DNA of 64,000 nt. It comes from an uncultured Clostridium sp. (GTDB lineage Bacteria > Bacillota_I > Bacilli_A > RF39 > UBA660). Shown here one piece after another: positions 63,400-64,000 of the stretch. Every line of letters begins with the position of its first letter. Within the stretch, counting starts at the first letter, position 1. The stretch covers positions 704 through 64,703 of the forward strand of contig CAMKPE010000005.1 of NCBI GenBank assembly GCA_946414595.1. Reading direction: 5' to 3'. A program made the translations under genes and the position numbers. Under the pieces are notes generated by a model. It worked only from the letters and a program-made list of their open reading frames with translations, was not told the origin of the DNA and made no database searches.

Positions 63400-64000
63400 A
63401 TGGATAATGAAAAACCCAATAAAAAACCATTTTTTATAATGCTTGCTATTTCAATTATGGTAATCGGATCCATCTTAATATTTGAGAAAGGATCAAGTGT
63501 TCTAAATCAATCTAAATATAGTGATTTAAATAAGATTGTAATTGATGCAGAATACTCTAACATTAAGATAAATTTCTTAGATACAGATACAGTAAGTGTT
63601 TTAATATATGGTAAGAAAGCTGATGAGTTATCTGTAAAAGAAGAAGATAAAGTACTAACTATCAAAAAAACAAGTACCAAAGGAGTATGTATATTAAACT
63701 GTGATGATAAAATAATTCTTTATTTACCAAAGAACTTTGAACGTCTTGATATTACAACAGAGATGGGAGATATAAATGCCAAAGGTACAACAATAAATGA
63801 TGTGTATATAAAAAGCAAAATTGGAAATGTTAACTTAGGAACAGTAAAAGTAGCAGATATAGAAACTGAAATTGGAAATGTAACAATAGAAGAATTGGAT
63901 GGTGAGTTTGATTCTATTATTAAAACAGATACAGGAAATGTTACTATTAAGAAAACAAATAACCTAAATATAGAAGCATCTTCTAACTCAGGAAGAATAA
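63400..64000 (+). CDS. DUF4097-like (putative adhesin beta-helix) membrane-anchored protein, 3'-truncated by the window edge
   Basis: ATG 63400 after GAGAG/GGTG. I checked that the frame stays open to position 64000. It has a TM helix (FFIMLAISIMVIGSILIF) and repetitive G[ND][IV]...I segments like the C-terminal domain of the 1263-2090 product. Confidence 0.6.
   Translation, partial: MDNEKPNKKPFFIMLAISIMVIGSILIFEKGSSVLNQSKYSDLNKIVIDAEYSNIKINFLDTDTVSVLIYGKKADELSVKEEDKVLTIKKTSTKGVCILNCDDKIILYLPKNFERLDITTEMGDINAKGTTINDVYIKSKIGNVNLGTVKVADIETEIGNVTIEELDGEFDSIIKTDTGNVTIKKTNNLNIEASSNSGRI

Noticed and set aside
1-64000. Search for T7SS core genes (an EssC-type FtsK/SpoIIIE ATPase with Walker motifs, EsaA, EssB) to accompany the WXG modules
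   Set aside because: None of the ORFs in this window has the size or motifs expected. The modules must rely on machinery encoded elsewhere, or on none. This absence is reported, not explained.

Overview
This 64 kb chromosomal window comes from a very AT-rich, endospore-forming Firmicute. I cannot name the genus from sequence alone. All family calls rest on motifs read by eye; no database or HMM search was run. Most of the window is recognisable core genome. It includes sporulation genes (spoIIGA-sigE, gpr, spoIIP), cell-wall and division genes (murG-murB-divIB, murC, an FtsW/SpoVE-family gene), and relA-dtd. It also holds translation genes: rpsT; infC-rpmI-rplT behind an L20-type leader; rpsB-tsf; frr; and pheST behind a Phe T-box. 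Further core genes are the competence genes comEA-comEC, the phospholipid genes pssA-psd, a P-type ATPase and one tRNA-Arg(CCU). No CRISPR array, transposase, integrase or rRNA was seen. Several accessory blocks interrupt this core. (1) At 26.5-32.2 kb, a four-gene module occurs twice in tandem: a ~300-aa protein, a WXG100-like protein, a second small helical protein, and an effector with a helical N-terminus and a papain-fold Cys-His-Asp C-terminal domain. It looks like a type VIIb/LXG-style toxin locus, but the window has no secretion core genes and no obvious immunity gene. (2) At 53.0-58.1 kb lie six tandem paralogues of an unassigned ~270-aa family. Three carry an intact HExxH...E zincin signature and three have lost it. 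(3) At 47.0-50.0 kb on the minus strand, a two-gene operon sits behind a perfect consensus promoter. It encodes a 329-aa protein with a RelE/HigB(Gp49)-like C-terminus and a 687-aa helical protein of unknown function. (4) At 3.4-9.8 kb lies a pair of large envelope proteins, one with Cys-bracketed tandem repeats and one a 1364-aa acidic bitopic protein. Smaller observations include a 55-aa Tyr/Pro-rich ORF missing from the ORF track, long C-terminal extensions on ribosomal proteins L20 and S2, a degenerate polysaccharide-deacetylase homologue, and an HGTF motif in an orphan 344-aa protein.
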